Shown here: positions 36,444 to 45,127 of the stretch, piece by piece
Layout: each line of letters opens with the position of its first letter
Numbering within the stretch: position 1 is the stretch's first letter
Source of the DNA: a virus
Lineage: Duplodnaviria > Heunggongvirae > Uroviricota > Caudoviricetes
Reading direction: 5' to 3' (one strand)
Length of the DNA: 64,000 nucleotides
Virus record (IMG/VR): IMGVR_UViG_3300020498_000003
Translations under genes and position numbers: made by a program
Notes under the pieces: model-generated
The model's input: the letters and a program-made list of their open reading frames with translations, nothing else
What the model was told of the DNA's origin: nothing
Database searches by the model: none

Positions 36444-36736
36444 AGTTTCTCGTGTATCATTTTAACACACTGATTCCATTTATAAGAGTTTGTGTCATGC
36501 TCTTTTGGCAACCATTCTTCAACAGCATCTACAATCTCGTCACACATATCAATAGAGAAACCAAGTTTGTTTCTCATCACACTCCACAATGATTCAGTCA
36601 TAAGGCACCTGCACATCTTTTTTCCACACATCAGTGAAGCACAACCAAGGCTCTTCTTTGTGTGACATTTCTGCCATCCAATGTTGACCATTCTCGTCAA
36701 TCGCATCCAAGTAATGAATGCTTGTCTTGGGGTCAA
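36425..36736 (-). CDS. hypothetical protein (frame and start ambiguous with overlapping 36594..36776)
   Basis: Two overlapping minus frames are present. Only one is likely real. Confidence 0.3.
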   Translation of the reverse strand: MTPRQAFITWMRLTRMVNIGWQKCHTKKSLGCASLMCGKKMCRCLMTESLWSVMRNKLGFSIDMCDEIVDAVEEWLPKEHDTNSYKWNQCVKMIHEKLWEQTE

Positions 36737-36765
36737 TCGTGCGAGTCACATAGACAAACTTTACT

Positions 36766-37065
36766 TTAGAAGTCATACTTCACCTCTGTTTCTTTCATAC
36801 GAAGCAGGAAACTATCGTCACCAATGTCACCACTGTAGAGATAATCAATATGCTTCATAATCTCTGCCATCTTACGCAGTTTGGGGATTTGCTCCTGTAA
36901 AACATCAATCACATCAGGGTCGTGGTTGGGATACCATTCACAACCATAAGTGCGATCTTCATTCCTTTCCTTACCATTATTCTCAATCTCTACTTCCAAC
37001 TCATCAGCAAATTGTGCTACCTTGTAGTAATCGTATCCACAATCTCCAAAGTGTCCGCCGCTCAT
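36766..37065 (-). CDS. hypothetical protein (99 aa)
   Basis: Minus ORF. Confidence 0.45.
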   Translation of the reverse strand: MSGGHFGDCGYDYYKVAQFADELEVEIENNGKERNEDRTYGCEWYPNHDPDVIDVLQEQIPKLRKMAEIMKHIDYLYSGDIGDDSFLLRMKETEVKYDF

Positions 37066-37274
37066 TTCTTACCCTCCAACTCATCAATCTTTTCGTTGAC
37101 AATACCAGTCACATCAATGGTGTATGGATTTCTACCCTCAATCTCACAATCAAGGAGAAACTCCATAAATGTGCCAAGAATCAAACAAGCACGGCGTTTG
37201 TCATGCTCGGTGATAGTTGTGTGGGGCATCGCAACATAGTTGACGATGTGCTCGTAGAGTTCGTCGTAAGTCAT
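37062..37274 (-). CDS. hypothetical protein (70 aa)
   Basis: Minus ORF; 4-nt overlaps. Confidence 0.4.
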   Translation of the reverse strand: MTYDELYEHIVNYVAMPHTTITEHDKRRACLILGTFMEFLLDCEIEGRNPYTIDVTGIVNEKIDELEGKK

Positions 37275-37558
37275 GGTGTTGTCTCAGTAGTAGTTACAGG
37301 TGGCGGTGGTGGCGGTAGTGTAGCAGGTTGTGGTACTTGTTGAACCACTGGAGGCGCAGGAGGTGGTAGTTTTAATGCTGTTGGAGGAACTTGTGGTTGT
37401 TGTGCTTCTTCAAGTTTCTTTTCCAGTTCCATAACTTTTTGATCCAATGGTGTCAAAGGAACTTCTTTTTGAGAATCTGCAAGTTTCCATCCAGTAGCAC
37501 CAGCAGCAAAGATACTTGCAAGAGCAGCAAATACAGAAACAGTTTTAGAGAAACTCAT
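37271..37558 (-). CDS. secreted proline-rich protein (signal peptide + PQVPPTALKLPPPAPP..PPPPPP)
   Basis: N-terminal MSFSKTVSVFAALASIFAAGATG resembles a signal peptide. The C-terminal half is Pro-rich. Confidence 0.45.
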   Translation of the reverse strand: MSFSKTVSVFAALASIFAAGATGWKLADSQKEVPLTPLDQKVMELEKKLEEAQQPQVPPTALKLPPPAPPVVQQVPQPATLPPPPPPVTTTETTP

Positions 37559-37737
37559 TGATAATCTTCTTCCTCAAAGGTAAAGTATTCGTAGATAGCA
37601 GACATTACGGCATCTTCAATCCTCTCGATAATAGCACCTTCAGAAGGATTCTCAACATGTTTGTGTGCTAACGCATACCCACGACGCACACCTTCTTCGA
37701 TTGCCATTTCTAAGATGACACGGGTTTTAGGTTTCAT
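37555..37737 (-). CDS. hypothetical protein (60 aa)
   Basis: Minus ORF; ATGA coupling. Confidence 0.4.
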   Translation of the reverse strand: MKPKTRVILEMAIEEGVRRGYALAHKHVENPSEGAIIERIEDAVMSAIYEYFTFEEEDYQ

Positions 37738-37877
37738 TTCTTCACCTCACAAGCAGGAGTCATATCAACTAAGATTGCAGCAAGTTTCAATCCACCAAGC
37801 ACCGCAGTTGGAGCAATAAAAATTAACAACAGAATGCCAAGGGGGATGGCAACATATTCCTCAAAAAAGCTTTTCAT
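37734..37877 (-). CDS. membrane micro-protein (~47 aa, MKSFFEEYVAIPLGILLLIFIAPTAVLGGLKLAAILVDM...)
   Basis: ATGA coupling at both ends. Not in the track. Confidence 0.3.
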   Translation of the reverse strand: MKSFFEEYVAIPLGILLLIFIAPTAVLGGLKLAAILVDMTPACEVKK

Positions 37878-38059
37878 TCTTCATCCTCCACAGGGAACAT
37901 AGCAGCATACTCTTCATCAGTGACAGTGAGAATCTCTAAGGTGCCATTCTCAGTTGCCTCTGTGATTTCTTCATCATACATCACAAAGTAACGAGCAAAC
38001 TCGTGTAAACTGGTGCTGCCAAACTCAACAACACCATCAATCAAACAGAGGTAGTTCAT
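37874..38059 (-). CDS. hypothetical protein (61 aa)
   Basis: Minus ORF. Confidence 0.4.
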   Translation of the reverse strand: MNYLCLIDGVVEFGSTSLHEFARYFVMYDEEITEATENGTLEILTVTDEEYAAMFPVEDEE

Positions 38060-38313
38060 TCATTCCACCCAGAAAAGTATTCCGCAAAAAAGTAAAAACT
38101 CAAAGACCTTTGGTTTGTTTGGAAAGTTATACCAAAAAGAGAAGAAGCAAAGAACGAAAGTTCTATATGAAATCCCCCAAAAGTATCAACCGTTCCACTT
38201 GGAATTTGATAATTAACCCAAAGGAATGAACGATTTTTGATGATTCCAAACTGCCAAGTAAGGTCAGTTTCATCTTCATCCCATACTTTTTTATCGTATT
38301 GAAAGAGTTTCAC
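38056..38313 (-). CDS. hypothetical protein (85 aa)
   Basis: Minus ORF. Confidence 0.4.
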   Translation of the reverse strand: MKLFQYDKKVWDEDETDLTWQFGIIKNRSFLWVNYQIPSGTVDTFGGFHIELSFFASSLFGITFQTNQRSLSFYFFAEYFSGWNE

Positions 38314-38546
38314 AAGATTACATCCTTGATTTCAGTGATAACTTCCCAGTGTGCGTCAGCTTTGTCACCGAAACGATTAGTTCCAGTGCGAGTGCTGACC
38401 CAGAAGAAGTATTTACGATTTTCGGAAGCAAGGAACAACTCACCTCCAGTATCCTGTTCTACAATACACACAGGATTGTTTTCCATGATGTTAGCAAGAC
38501 GATTCTTTGCCTTGCTAGATTTAGGTTTTACAGTGACACGCTTCAT
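38310..38546 (-). CDS. hypothetical protein (78 aa)
   Basis: Minus ORF. Confidence 0.4.
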   Translation of the reverse strand: MKRVTVKPKSSKAKNRLANIMENNPVCIVEQDTGGELFLASENRKYFFWVSTRTGTNRFGDKADAHWEVITEIKDVIL

Positions 38547-38743
38547 TTGAGGAGACCTTGAAGAAGGAGAATAATGAAGATAATAGCAAGGACAGTGAGA
38601 CCAATCAGAGCACTAATCCACAGCGGCGACAGCACCCACCACCAAGACCAAGTGATGTTACCAGTAAGTTTCAGACCAATAAACAGAACAGTCAGCAGAC
38701 CAGGGAATCCGATACCGCTGGAAGAAGAAGAGTTGCTGGACAT
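38543..38743 (-). CDS. small membrane protein (66 aa, Trp-rich, two TM helices)
   Basis: Hydrophobic LLTVLFIGL and ISALIGLTVLAIIFIILLL. Immediately downstream of a family-A promoter. Confidence 0.45.
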   Translation of the reverse strand: MSSNSSSSSGIGFPGLLTVLFIGLKLTGNITWSWWWVLSPLWISALIGLTVLAIIFIILLLQGLLK

Positions 38744-38767
38744 GGCGTGTCTTTCGTTGATGAATAC

Positions 38768-38825
38768 AATATAACACCCCCCAACAGCGTTGTCAAGGGG
38801 TGATTGATAAGCATTGCTTATTGGT
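38768..38825 (-). promoter_or_regulatory. early promoter, family A: CACCCC-TTGACAACGCTGTT-GGGGGGTG with TTGACA-N17/18-T(T)ATATT
   Basis: -35 in a hairpin loop. Upstream ATAAGCAATGC block. Confidence 0.55.
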
Positions 38826-39468
38826 ACTTGGTAAAAATATTAGTTTGCCTTTGTTTGTGTTGCATTTCTTTTTTCTTAATGTGAGAAGCAAAGGCAAGAT
38901 TGTCAATTACTGCAAGTTTCTGCATAATGTCACTCTTAGTGTTATTGAACTCCTTTTCAGGATCATACTGAGAGAAGAAATTACTTTCTTTCAACATCAC
39001 TTGACCAGTTCCGTAGTTGTAGTTAATGCAATCTAGATAATCGAAGATGTTAAACAAGCACAGATCAGTAGACAAATTATCTTTGGAAGATCCTTTAACA
39101 TTGATAACAAAAATATAGTATGAATCAATCTCTCCAGAGTCAAACTTGGTAAGAAGTCGGTCGAAAGCTACCATATTGGGTTGACCTTTTCCCTTTTCAT
39201 ATCCCAACTTAACATTCACAAGAGTATTACCTTTCCACACAAAATCTTCCATCTTTCTAGTTTGCTTACCCTTACCTTTAACCTTTGATGGTTTGCTAAA
39301 ATTAGCATCTATGCTTGCAAGTTTATCAACAAGATTCTCTTCTACCATTTCACCAAAAGAGTGACCAGGTTCTTTAACTGTAGGATCAAATCCAACTTCA
39401 TTTAGGCACAAGTCAATATTATCTTTGACCAGTTCCAAGATATAAAGTTGCTCTTGCTTAGTGATCAT
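38818..39468 (-). CDS. hypothetical protein (216 aa)
   Basis: Minus ORF downstream of a family-A promoter. No confident motif. Confidence 0.5.
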   Translation of the reverse strand: MITKQEQLYILELVKDNIDLCLNEVGFDPTVKEPGHSFGEMVEENLVDKLASIDANFSKPSKVKGKGKQTRKMEDFVWKGNTLVNVKLGYEKGKGQPNMVAFDRLLTKFDSGEIDSYYIFVINVKGSSKDNLSTDLCLFNIFDYLDCINYNYGTGQVMLKESNFFSQYDPEKEFNNTKSDIMQKLAVIDNLAFASHIKKKEMQHKQRQTNIFTKYQ

Positions 39469-39487
39469 TTAGTGTTTGTATTTCACA

Positions 39488-39545
39488 TACAATAACACCC
39501 CTCAACCGAAAAGTCAAGGGGTGATTGATAAGTGTTACGGATAGG
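39488..39545 (-). promoter_or_regulatory. early promoter, family A: CACCCCT-TGACTTTTCGGTTG-AGGGGTG with TTGACT-N17-TATTGT
   Basis: Same architecture as the other family-A copies. Confidence 0.55.
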
Positions 39546-40056
39546 TGCCGACGATCTCAATAGAATATCTTATCTGTCCACCAAATCCAGTAAAAGATGT
39601 ATCTATCTCTGCTTTAAGTTCGGATACTGTTGCCTTTCGATCTGCAACTTCCTTCATAACTTTACAGAACTGCTGATCCATTTGTGTAGTGTTAGGAAAG
39701 CAGAAGTTATTTGGTACTACAGAGGAAACACTTGTGCCATTACTAATCAGTGCATCAGCTTTGATATAATCACCATTCATACTCATTCTACCATTCGATA
39801 CAGTAGCAGTAGGAATGACTTGATCAGTTAAACCATTATATACTGAAAGTTCGTTAGTAGCAGCATTAAAAGATAGTTGTCCATGTATAGGAGCATTAGT
39901 AATTGCAGTAGTAAATGCACCACTATGAAGTGCAGATAACTTACTCTTCAATTCTTCTCTAAGTTCATCCTCTTTATCTTCTACAACTTCCTCTACAATT
40001 TCTTCTTTCTTTTCACCATACATTTCGTCGAATGTATCAAGCAACGGATTAGTCAT
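39535..40056 (-). CDS. hypothetical protein (173 aa)
   Basis: Minus ORF. Confidence 0.45.
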   Translation of the reverse strand: MTNPLLDTFDEMYGEKKEEIVEEVVEDKEDELREELKSKLSALHSGAFTTAITNAPIHGQLSFNAATNELSVYNGLTDQVIPTATVSNGRMSMNGDYIKADALISNGTSVSSVVPNNFCFPNTTQMDQQFCKVMKEVADRKATVSELKAEIDTSFTGFGGQIRYSIEIVGTYP

Positions 40057-40318
40057 AATCTCTCCGATAATACTCTAAGTTGCGGGGGGCAGTTGTAAGA
40101 AAATCACAGCGAATCTCAAACCATTTCCAGCGGAATGAGAATCCTGTTACAGATCGACTGCCAAAACTAATCAGCAGCATTGGAAATAGTTCAGTGGCAG
40201 GGTAATCATCCCACTGAATAGAAACATCCATCAGTGCGAATAGAGGATACCATGGGAAAAGTTGAAAATACCATTCATGCCCAAAGTCTTCGTAGTGACA
40301 GTAATCAAGGAGTTTCAC
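40049..40318 (-). CDS. hypothetical protein (89 aa)
   Basis: Minus ORF. Confidence 0.4.
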   Translation of the reverse strand: MKLLDYCHYEDFGHEWYFQLFPWYPLFALMDVSIQWDDYPATELFPMLLISFGSRSVTGFSFRWKWFEIRCDFLTTAPRNLEYYRRDYD

Positions 40319-40527
40319 AGGTTTTCTACCTCTTTAGATAGAGTCATCATATCACTCCTGTCAAGTACAGTCAAGTTATTGAGTTTCTGTGCTGTCATGC
40401 TCTTCACATGTTCCATGGTTTTGCGAATGATAGCAGCAACAAGTTTCTGCTCTGTATCTGCCCATGTGTTTCGTTCATTCCACACAGCATCCATTAGTTT
40501 TTGTGCTCTATCAGTCATCATTATCAT
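40315..40527 (-). CDS. hypothetical protein (70 aa)
   Basis: Minus ORF. Confidence 0.4.
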   Translation of the reverse strand: MIMMTDRAQKLMDAVWNERNTWADTEQKLVAAIIRKTMEHVKSMTAQKLNNLTVLDRSDMMTLSKEVENL

Positions 40528-40858
40528 CCCAAGGTGCTTTACGATTCATAAGATCTTTAAGTGTTTGTTTTATTGATGGTGGATTTGCAATCATATGCAT
40601 CAGTTTATCATAATCTTCCTGAGAAACATAAATCTTCTCTGGTTCCTGTGCTAATCGCATCTTGCGTTCTGGACTGATAGTTATATTGTATGGGTCATCA
40701 TAAGGATAGATGTATTCTTGCATCCATCCAATACTCAATGCTTCCCAGAACTCCTGATAACCCCATTCATCACCGTCATCATAACAGTCAAGAATATACA
40801 GGACATTATGAAATCCATCAAGGAAATCTTGCCACTTTGATTGAGTCTCAAATCTCAT
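40511..40858 (-). CDS. hypothetical protein (115 aa)
   Basis: Minus ORF. Confidence 0.45.
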   Translation of the reverse strand: MRFETQSKWQDFLDGFHNVLYILDCYDDGDEWGYQEFWEALSIGWMQEYIYPYDDPYNITISPERKMRLAQEPEKIYVSQEDYDKLMHMIANPPSIKQTLKDLMNRKAPWDDNDD

Positions 40859-41042
40859 TCCATTCCTCGTATCTGGTGTTTATTTTACCATTGTTGAGGA
40901 AGATATTCAAGTGCCCTGTGCGACCATCCTCAAAATAGAATGCCATCCACACATGCTCGCCTTCATCCATCACTTCATAGTGGTAGGATTTGATATTATC
41001 CAGCAGAAACTCGTCTGGGTTGAATAGTTCTTTGTCAGTCAT
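40848..41042 (-). CDS. hypothetical protein (64 aa)
   Basis: Minus ORF. Confidence 0.4.
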   Translation of the reverse strand: MTDKELFNPDEFLLDNIKSYHYEVMDEGEHVWMAFYFEDGRTGHLNIFLNNGKINTRYEEWNEI

Positions 41043-41341
41043 GAGTAATTAAAGTGTAAATGTGTTTCCCAAGTAAATGCTGGTTGGTCTCTCCTTTGCA
41101 TCATTTCTGCGACGAAATATGGAATAAAACTTGTGTATTTGTCCAGAAACTCCCTCTCAGTAAGTTCATCAAATCCGTGCATATAATGATCACAATCAAC
41201 AAACTTTGCAAACTTTTCATATTCACGATCTCTATCATCAACTCTTTGATAGTTGCGACAGATCTTCAACCAGAATGAACGACCTTCACCAGTTGCACAA
41301 TAATCAATCGCAAAGAAACGATAAAAAGGTTTGTCATCCAT
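41039..41341 (-). CDS. hypothetical protein (100 aa)
   Basis: Minus ORF. Confidence 0.45.
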   Translation of the reverse strand: MDDKPFYRFFAIDYCATGEGRSFWLKICRNYQRVDDRDREYEKFAKFVDCDHYMHGFDELTEREFLDKYTSFIPYFVAEMMQRRDQPAFTWETHLHFNYS

Positions 41342-41735
41342 TGTTTTGTCTCACTCTTTTAAGAAATGCAGTTGCCTGCTCATCCAATCGTTCAATCAAA
41401 TCCTCAATATCAGAGATCGCAATCTCATTATACTCACGATTGAGGTTCTCACAACGCAAAGCATCAATCATAGATTGAAATGCAATCATTTGTTGATGCT
41501 CTGGTGTGATAGGTGTGCCGTGAGGAAGTCCAGCACATTCCATATTGTAGTAGTCGTTATATCGTTGAAGAACACGATTGCTCTTCTCACGACGCTCTGC
41601 TTCTTCAAGCATTTGTTCATAGTTCATAGTGTTTTTCCTCGCTGCCCAACCTAAATTGGGCCAAGTATCATGATAGATTTGATTTAATTTTTCATTATCG
41701 TAAATCATGCAACGAATCCCCATACTTTCCACCAC
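41334..41735 (-). CDS. hypothetical protein (133 aa)
   Basis: Minus ORF. Confidence 0.45.
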   Translation of the reverse strand: MVESMGIRCMIYDNEKLNQIYHDTWPNLGWAARKNTMNYEQMLEEAERREKSNRVLQRYNDYYNMECAGLPHGTPITPEHQQMIAFQSMIDALRCENLNREYNEIAISDIEDLIERLDEQATAFLKRVRQNNG

Positions 41736-42031
41736 TTACCAAGATTCAATGCAGCAATAATAGTTACAAACTCCCTATCTGCAAGTTCTTGATTTAGTGC
41801 TTCTAGTGTATCTGGATCAAAGCAAGATGACCAACGATCATATGCACATCGAAATACATCTGCCCACAAATCTCTTGTAGGAACCTCAAAGTTATCCTTC
41901 ATGTCTAGTTTATAATATGGGCAACTTTCTGAGCACATATAAGCATATGCCAAAAGTTCTCCCAGAGTATCGTCTTCTACTTCATTGATACCCTCAGAAA
42001 AATTAGATACATCGAATGAATTAAAGGTCAT
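41705..42031 (-). CDS. hypothetical protein (108 aa)
   Basis: Minus ORF. Confidence 0.45.
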   Translation of the reverse strand: MTFNSFDVSNFSEGINEVEDDTLGELLAYAYMCSESCPYYKLDMKDNFEVPTRDLWADVFRCAYDRWSSCFDPDTLEALNQELADREFVTIIAALNLGKWWKVWGFVA

Positions 42032-42184
42032 TTAATCACCCCAACAGATTTAAGATACCTACGATATGCCATATATCTACCAAGTTTTGGTTGTCCTGGT
42101 ACATCTAACTGATGACAGATTTCACAATACATTAAAAACTCATACCATGGCGTAGTAGGATCTAGCACATGATATGGATATTGT

Positions 42185-42460
42185 TTAGAGTTTTCCACCT
42201 ACCACACCTTCATACGAAGACCCAACATTTTCACCCCATCCTTCTTGTATTCCTTTAAGATAAAACCTGGTGGCAGAAATACATAATTCTTTCGTGAGGG
42301 ATGTGATAAGTGGTTTCCCATCTTTGTCAAAAGAATGCCACAGTTTGTACGGAGTTTCTTCAACATAAAAGGCATCATCATAGAAAGTTCGTTCGTTGTT
42401 CTGGTTGTCTTGGTTGCTCATCTGGCACTCCTTCAATAATAATTTGTGCTGGTTCATCAT
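42185..42460 (-). CDS. hypothetical protein (91 aa)
   Basis: Minus ORF. Confidence 0.4.
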   Translation of the reverse strand: MMNQHKLLLKECQMSNQDNQNNERTFYDDAFYVEETPYKLWHSFDKDGKPLITSLTKELCISATRFYLKGIQEGWGENVGSSYEGVVGGKL

Positions 42461-42617
42461 TCCAGTGCCGAATTACACCAGCAACAATAAAACAGTTTGT
42501 AATAAGATAAGTTGCAAATATAATAGTCCTGACAATCGCAACTTTATCAGCAACACAATCTTTCTTGTGTGCCTTTTCTCCTAGTGCCTTTGCCCACAGT
42601 CTCCACATTACACCCAT
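42378..42617 (-). CDS. hypothetical membrane protein (79 aa)
   Basis: Hydrophobic segment IIFATYLITNCFIVAGVI. Confidence 0.35.
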   Translation of the reverse strand: MGVMWRLWAKALGEKAHKKDCVADKVAIVRTIIFATYLITNCFIVAGVIRHWNDEPAQIIIEGVPDEQPRQPEQRTNFL

Positions 42618-43135
42618 TCTGGTTTCCTATCTGGTTTACGAAGATAATTATCCTTTACCCAAGGTTTAGATGCAACATACATTTTATATGCTGTAAAAGT
42701 ATCTATGCTAGTATCAAGTTTGTACTCTTCGGGCATAGCACGGGCAAAGTAATCTGCCATACTATAGCATGTAATTGCTTTGCCTGTCTTCTCATGAAAG
42801 ATTTTCTTCGCATTGAAAAGACTATTATTGCAGGCATGAATCTTGCCATACCGATATTTGTATTCGGTACAGAGTGCAAGACCATGTACAATCAACCAGG
42901 CAGTATTATAGATATTCTTTGCTGCCCATTGTGTGCAGGGATGGTTGCGAAATGCACCACCTTTAGTTTCATAATCGCATCCATCTTTCTTAGGGATAGT
43001 TCCCCAATCGTAGTACCACTTAGAATAAATGATAGAAAGCATCTGACACGATTCTAGAGGCATTTTTACCACATGTTTGTCAGGCAAAACCCGAGCAGAT
43101 TCATGTGGATTGTTAGATGTCACGAAGATATTCAT
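42608..43135 (-). CDS. putative pyrimidine-dimer DNA glycosylase (Pyr_excise / DenV-like)
   Basis: N-terminal IFVTSNNPHESARVLPDKHVVKMPLESCQML and the central GGAFRNHPCTQW resemble the conserved N-terminus and GYRNHPQ block of the PF03013 family. Recalled from memory, not searched. Confidence 0.5.
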   Translation of the reverse strand: MNIFVTSNNPHESARVLPDKHVVKMPLESCQMLSIIYSKWYYDWGTIPKKDGCDYETKGGAFRNHPCTQWAAKNIYNTAWLIVHGLALCTEYKYRYGKIHACNNSLFNAKKIFHEKTGKAITCYSMADYFARAMPEEYKLDTSIDTFTAYKMYVASKPWVKDNYLRKPDRKPEWV

Positions 43136-43585
43136 GATAAAGTTTGATGTACTTCTGGTAGAGCAGTTCTAGTGTAGCAGCATCTCCTGATTCGTCAAGT
43201 TCCAACATGCGATCTCTCGCATCTTGCAACAAATCACAGACTCGCATAACTCGTAAGTGTTTCATTATGTCGTCTGTTCCCTAACTTGTGTGTAGACAAC
43301 ATCAAACATTTCATCAAGAATTTCAGAACAACGCCAATACTCATCACTATTGAGAACAGTTTTGTCCAGTTGATAACGACGGACTGCATCATAGATGAGT
43401 CGGAGTTCTGCGTGATTAAACTTCGGAAGTGTAGTCTGGGTCATGATACTTTAGATACTCACGAAAGGTCATTTTCATTTCTTTCTGCGTCATACCACAG
43501 TGGGCAGCAGCAGTAGGAAGATTCATCGTAGCACGAAATAGTGCTTGATTTGCTTCCTTAACATTTTCTGGTGTGGTTTTTACTG

Positions 43586-43786
43586 TCATCTAAAATCTTC
43601 AGGTTGCAAATTATCAAGTTTATCAAACAGTTTATCAACTGATTTCAGTTTTTCAATGTGACACATCAATTCTGCGATTGCTTGATTGATCATCGGTCGT
43701 TCATTTCGTGCAGCAAAAGCAAGTGCATTACGCAACGATGCTTGTGCTTCATCCAGTGATTCTTCTACTTGTGGTGATAATGCCAT
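43586..43786 (-). CDS. hypothetical protein (66 aa)
   Basis: Minus ORF. Confidence 0.4.
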   Translation of the reverse strand: MALSPQVEESLDEAQASLRNALAFAARNERPMINQAIAELMCHIEKLKSVDKLFDKLDNLQPEDFR

Positions 43787-43971
43787 TAGTCAGATGCTCT
43801 CCAGTGTGTAAGTTTAACTCGTTTATCTTGAAACTCTTCAACTGCTTGAAGAATCATTTGAGCAGATTCTTGAGCATCTGCTTCATCCCAACCGTCACCA
43901 TGTTGCCCACTGATGTAGTAGGCATATAGTTGATCTTTAATTACATCCATTAGTTTGTCGTAGTGTGTCAT
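43786..43971 (-). CDS. hypothetical protein (61 aa)
   Basis: Minus ORF; ATGA coupling. Confidence 0.4.
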   Translation of the reverse strand: MTHYDKLMDVIKDQLYAYYISGQHGDGWDEADAQESAQMILQAVEEFQDKRVKLTHWRASD

Positions 43972-44108
43972 CCTACCAGTTGTCGAATAAGTTCGTCTTC
44001 ATCGCCAAGAACTGCATCAGTCCAGTCCTCATCTTCATCAAACTCATTGATACGATCGTATTGATCAATCGCAGAGAAATCGAAGTTGTCCATCAGGTCG
44101 TTTGTCAT
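43968..44108 (-). CDS. hypothetical acidic protein (track 43968..44159; start likely MTNDLMDNFDF at ~44108)
   Basis: Internal ATG sits downstream of the -10 TATAGT. The track start would lie inside the promoter. Confidence 0.4.
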   Translation of the reverse strand: MTNDLMDNFDFSAIDQYDRINEFDEDEDWTDAVLGDEDELIRQLVG

Positions 44109-44118
44109 TAACAGGATT

Positions 44119-44160
44119 ACTATAGGGCAAAGAAAAGGGGGTGTCAAGCCCCCAATCAAT
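44119..44160 (-). promoter_or_regulatory. early promoter/terminator composite: GGGGG-CTTGACA-CCCCC hairpin + TTTTCTTT + TATAGT
   Basis: TTGACA-N17-TATAGT. The -35 is in the loop of a perfect 5-bp GC stem followed by a T-rich run. Confidence 0.65.
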
Positions 44161-44396
44161 CAGTTCTTCTTATGATTCCACGGAATCGGTGGAAGTCCTA
44201 ACTCTTTATTAAACTTATTCAGATCTCTAAGAAGTTTCCACTTCAGATAGATTCTCATAACTTCTGTCTGTGCATGACGAAGTTTAAGATTGATAAAAAT
44301 TAAAACTCGGTTCATTCCTTCTGGATAAACCCAGAAGAAATAACCAAGGACACACAAAAATGTGACAAAAGAGTAGTAGGATAAGTTTGTAATCAT
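44160..44396 (-). CDS. membrane protein (78 aa; N-terminal TM helix)
   Basis: YYSFVTFLCVLGYFFWVY hydrophobic segment. Confidence 0.45.
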   Translation of the reverse strand: MITNLSYYSFVTFLCVLGYFFWVYPEGMNRVLIFINLKLRHAQTEVMRIYLKWKLLRDLNKFNKELGLPPIPWNHKKN

Positions 44397-44690
44397 TTAT
44401 TTTTGTAGATAGGGATCAACTAATCTGAGAAGATGTTCCCACATTTGCTTCTCTTGTTTAGTTGGTTGCTTTACTGATTGATCCCAGTCAAGCAAAACAT
44501 TGGTGAGAAACTTACATTCCTCAGCAGAAAGTTCAATTTGAGTCATTGGTGATTGGAGTTTCATAGTTAGTAGTAATCAGTAGTGTACTCGACATCGAAT
44601 TCTGGATAATCATCGTACTGATCATCATCAACATTGTCAAACTGCTGGGATTCAGCAATAGTTTCGTAGTTAATTTGGTCTTGGTTCATA

Positions 44691-44879
44691 TCAATACTGA
44701 TCTTCTTCATAATAATCCGATACATTATTGACATTGAACTTTTTGGAACCACGCTTCTTGGAACGAGGATTGTCTGAATACTCATCACGATAACGCTCAG
44801 AAGATCCCTTTTGACGCTTATCGCGCAGAGATTTGCCCCAAGAGTTGTGATGATCATCACGACGGAAAGTGCGACCCAT
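44691..44879 (-). CDS. small Arg/Lys-rich basic protein (62 aa)
   Basis: Starts right after the promoter at ~44915-44945. An acidic 40-aa ORF follows (track 44567..44860, internal start ~44689). Confidence 0.4.
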   Translation of the reverse strand: MGRTFRRDDHHNSWGKSLRDKRQKGSSERYRDEYSDNPRSKKRGSKKFNVNNVSDYYEEDQY

Positions 44880-44914
44880 TAGTGTTTGTTTTGCCTTGAA
44901 TGAACTACCTCTAT

Positions 44915-44950
44915 ATAGTACCGCAAAAAAGAGGGGGTGTCAAGCCCCCT
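44915..44950 (-). promoter_or_regulatory. early promoter/terminator composite: GAGGGGG-CTTGACA-CCCCCTC hairpin + T6 + TACTAT
   Basis: TTGACA-N17-TACTAT with the -35 in the hairpin loop. Confidence 0.65.
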
Positions 44951-45122
44951 CCTCAATTGATAAGTTTTCGTGATCTTTGTATAGATTTAGTGCTTCAACT
45001 CCACCAATTAGTTTGACTAGATATTCTTCTCGATCAGCAAGGTTATCCTTTAATTGCTGTATTTCCATCTTAGTCTTAATTTGTTGTGCCTCAAGGTTTT
45101 CGATTAGTTCTTCAATTGTCAT
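44940..45122 (-). CDS. hypothetical coiled-coil protein (60 aa)
   Basis: Minus ORF. Confidence 0.4.
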   Translation of the reverse strand: MTIEELIENLEAQQIKTKMEIQQLKDNLADREEYLVKLIGGVEALNLYKDHENLSIEEGA

Positions 45123-45127
45123 ATTCG

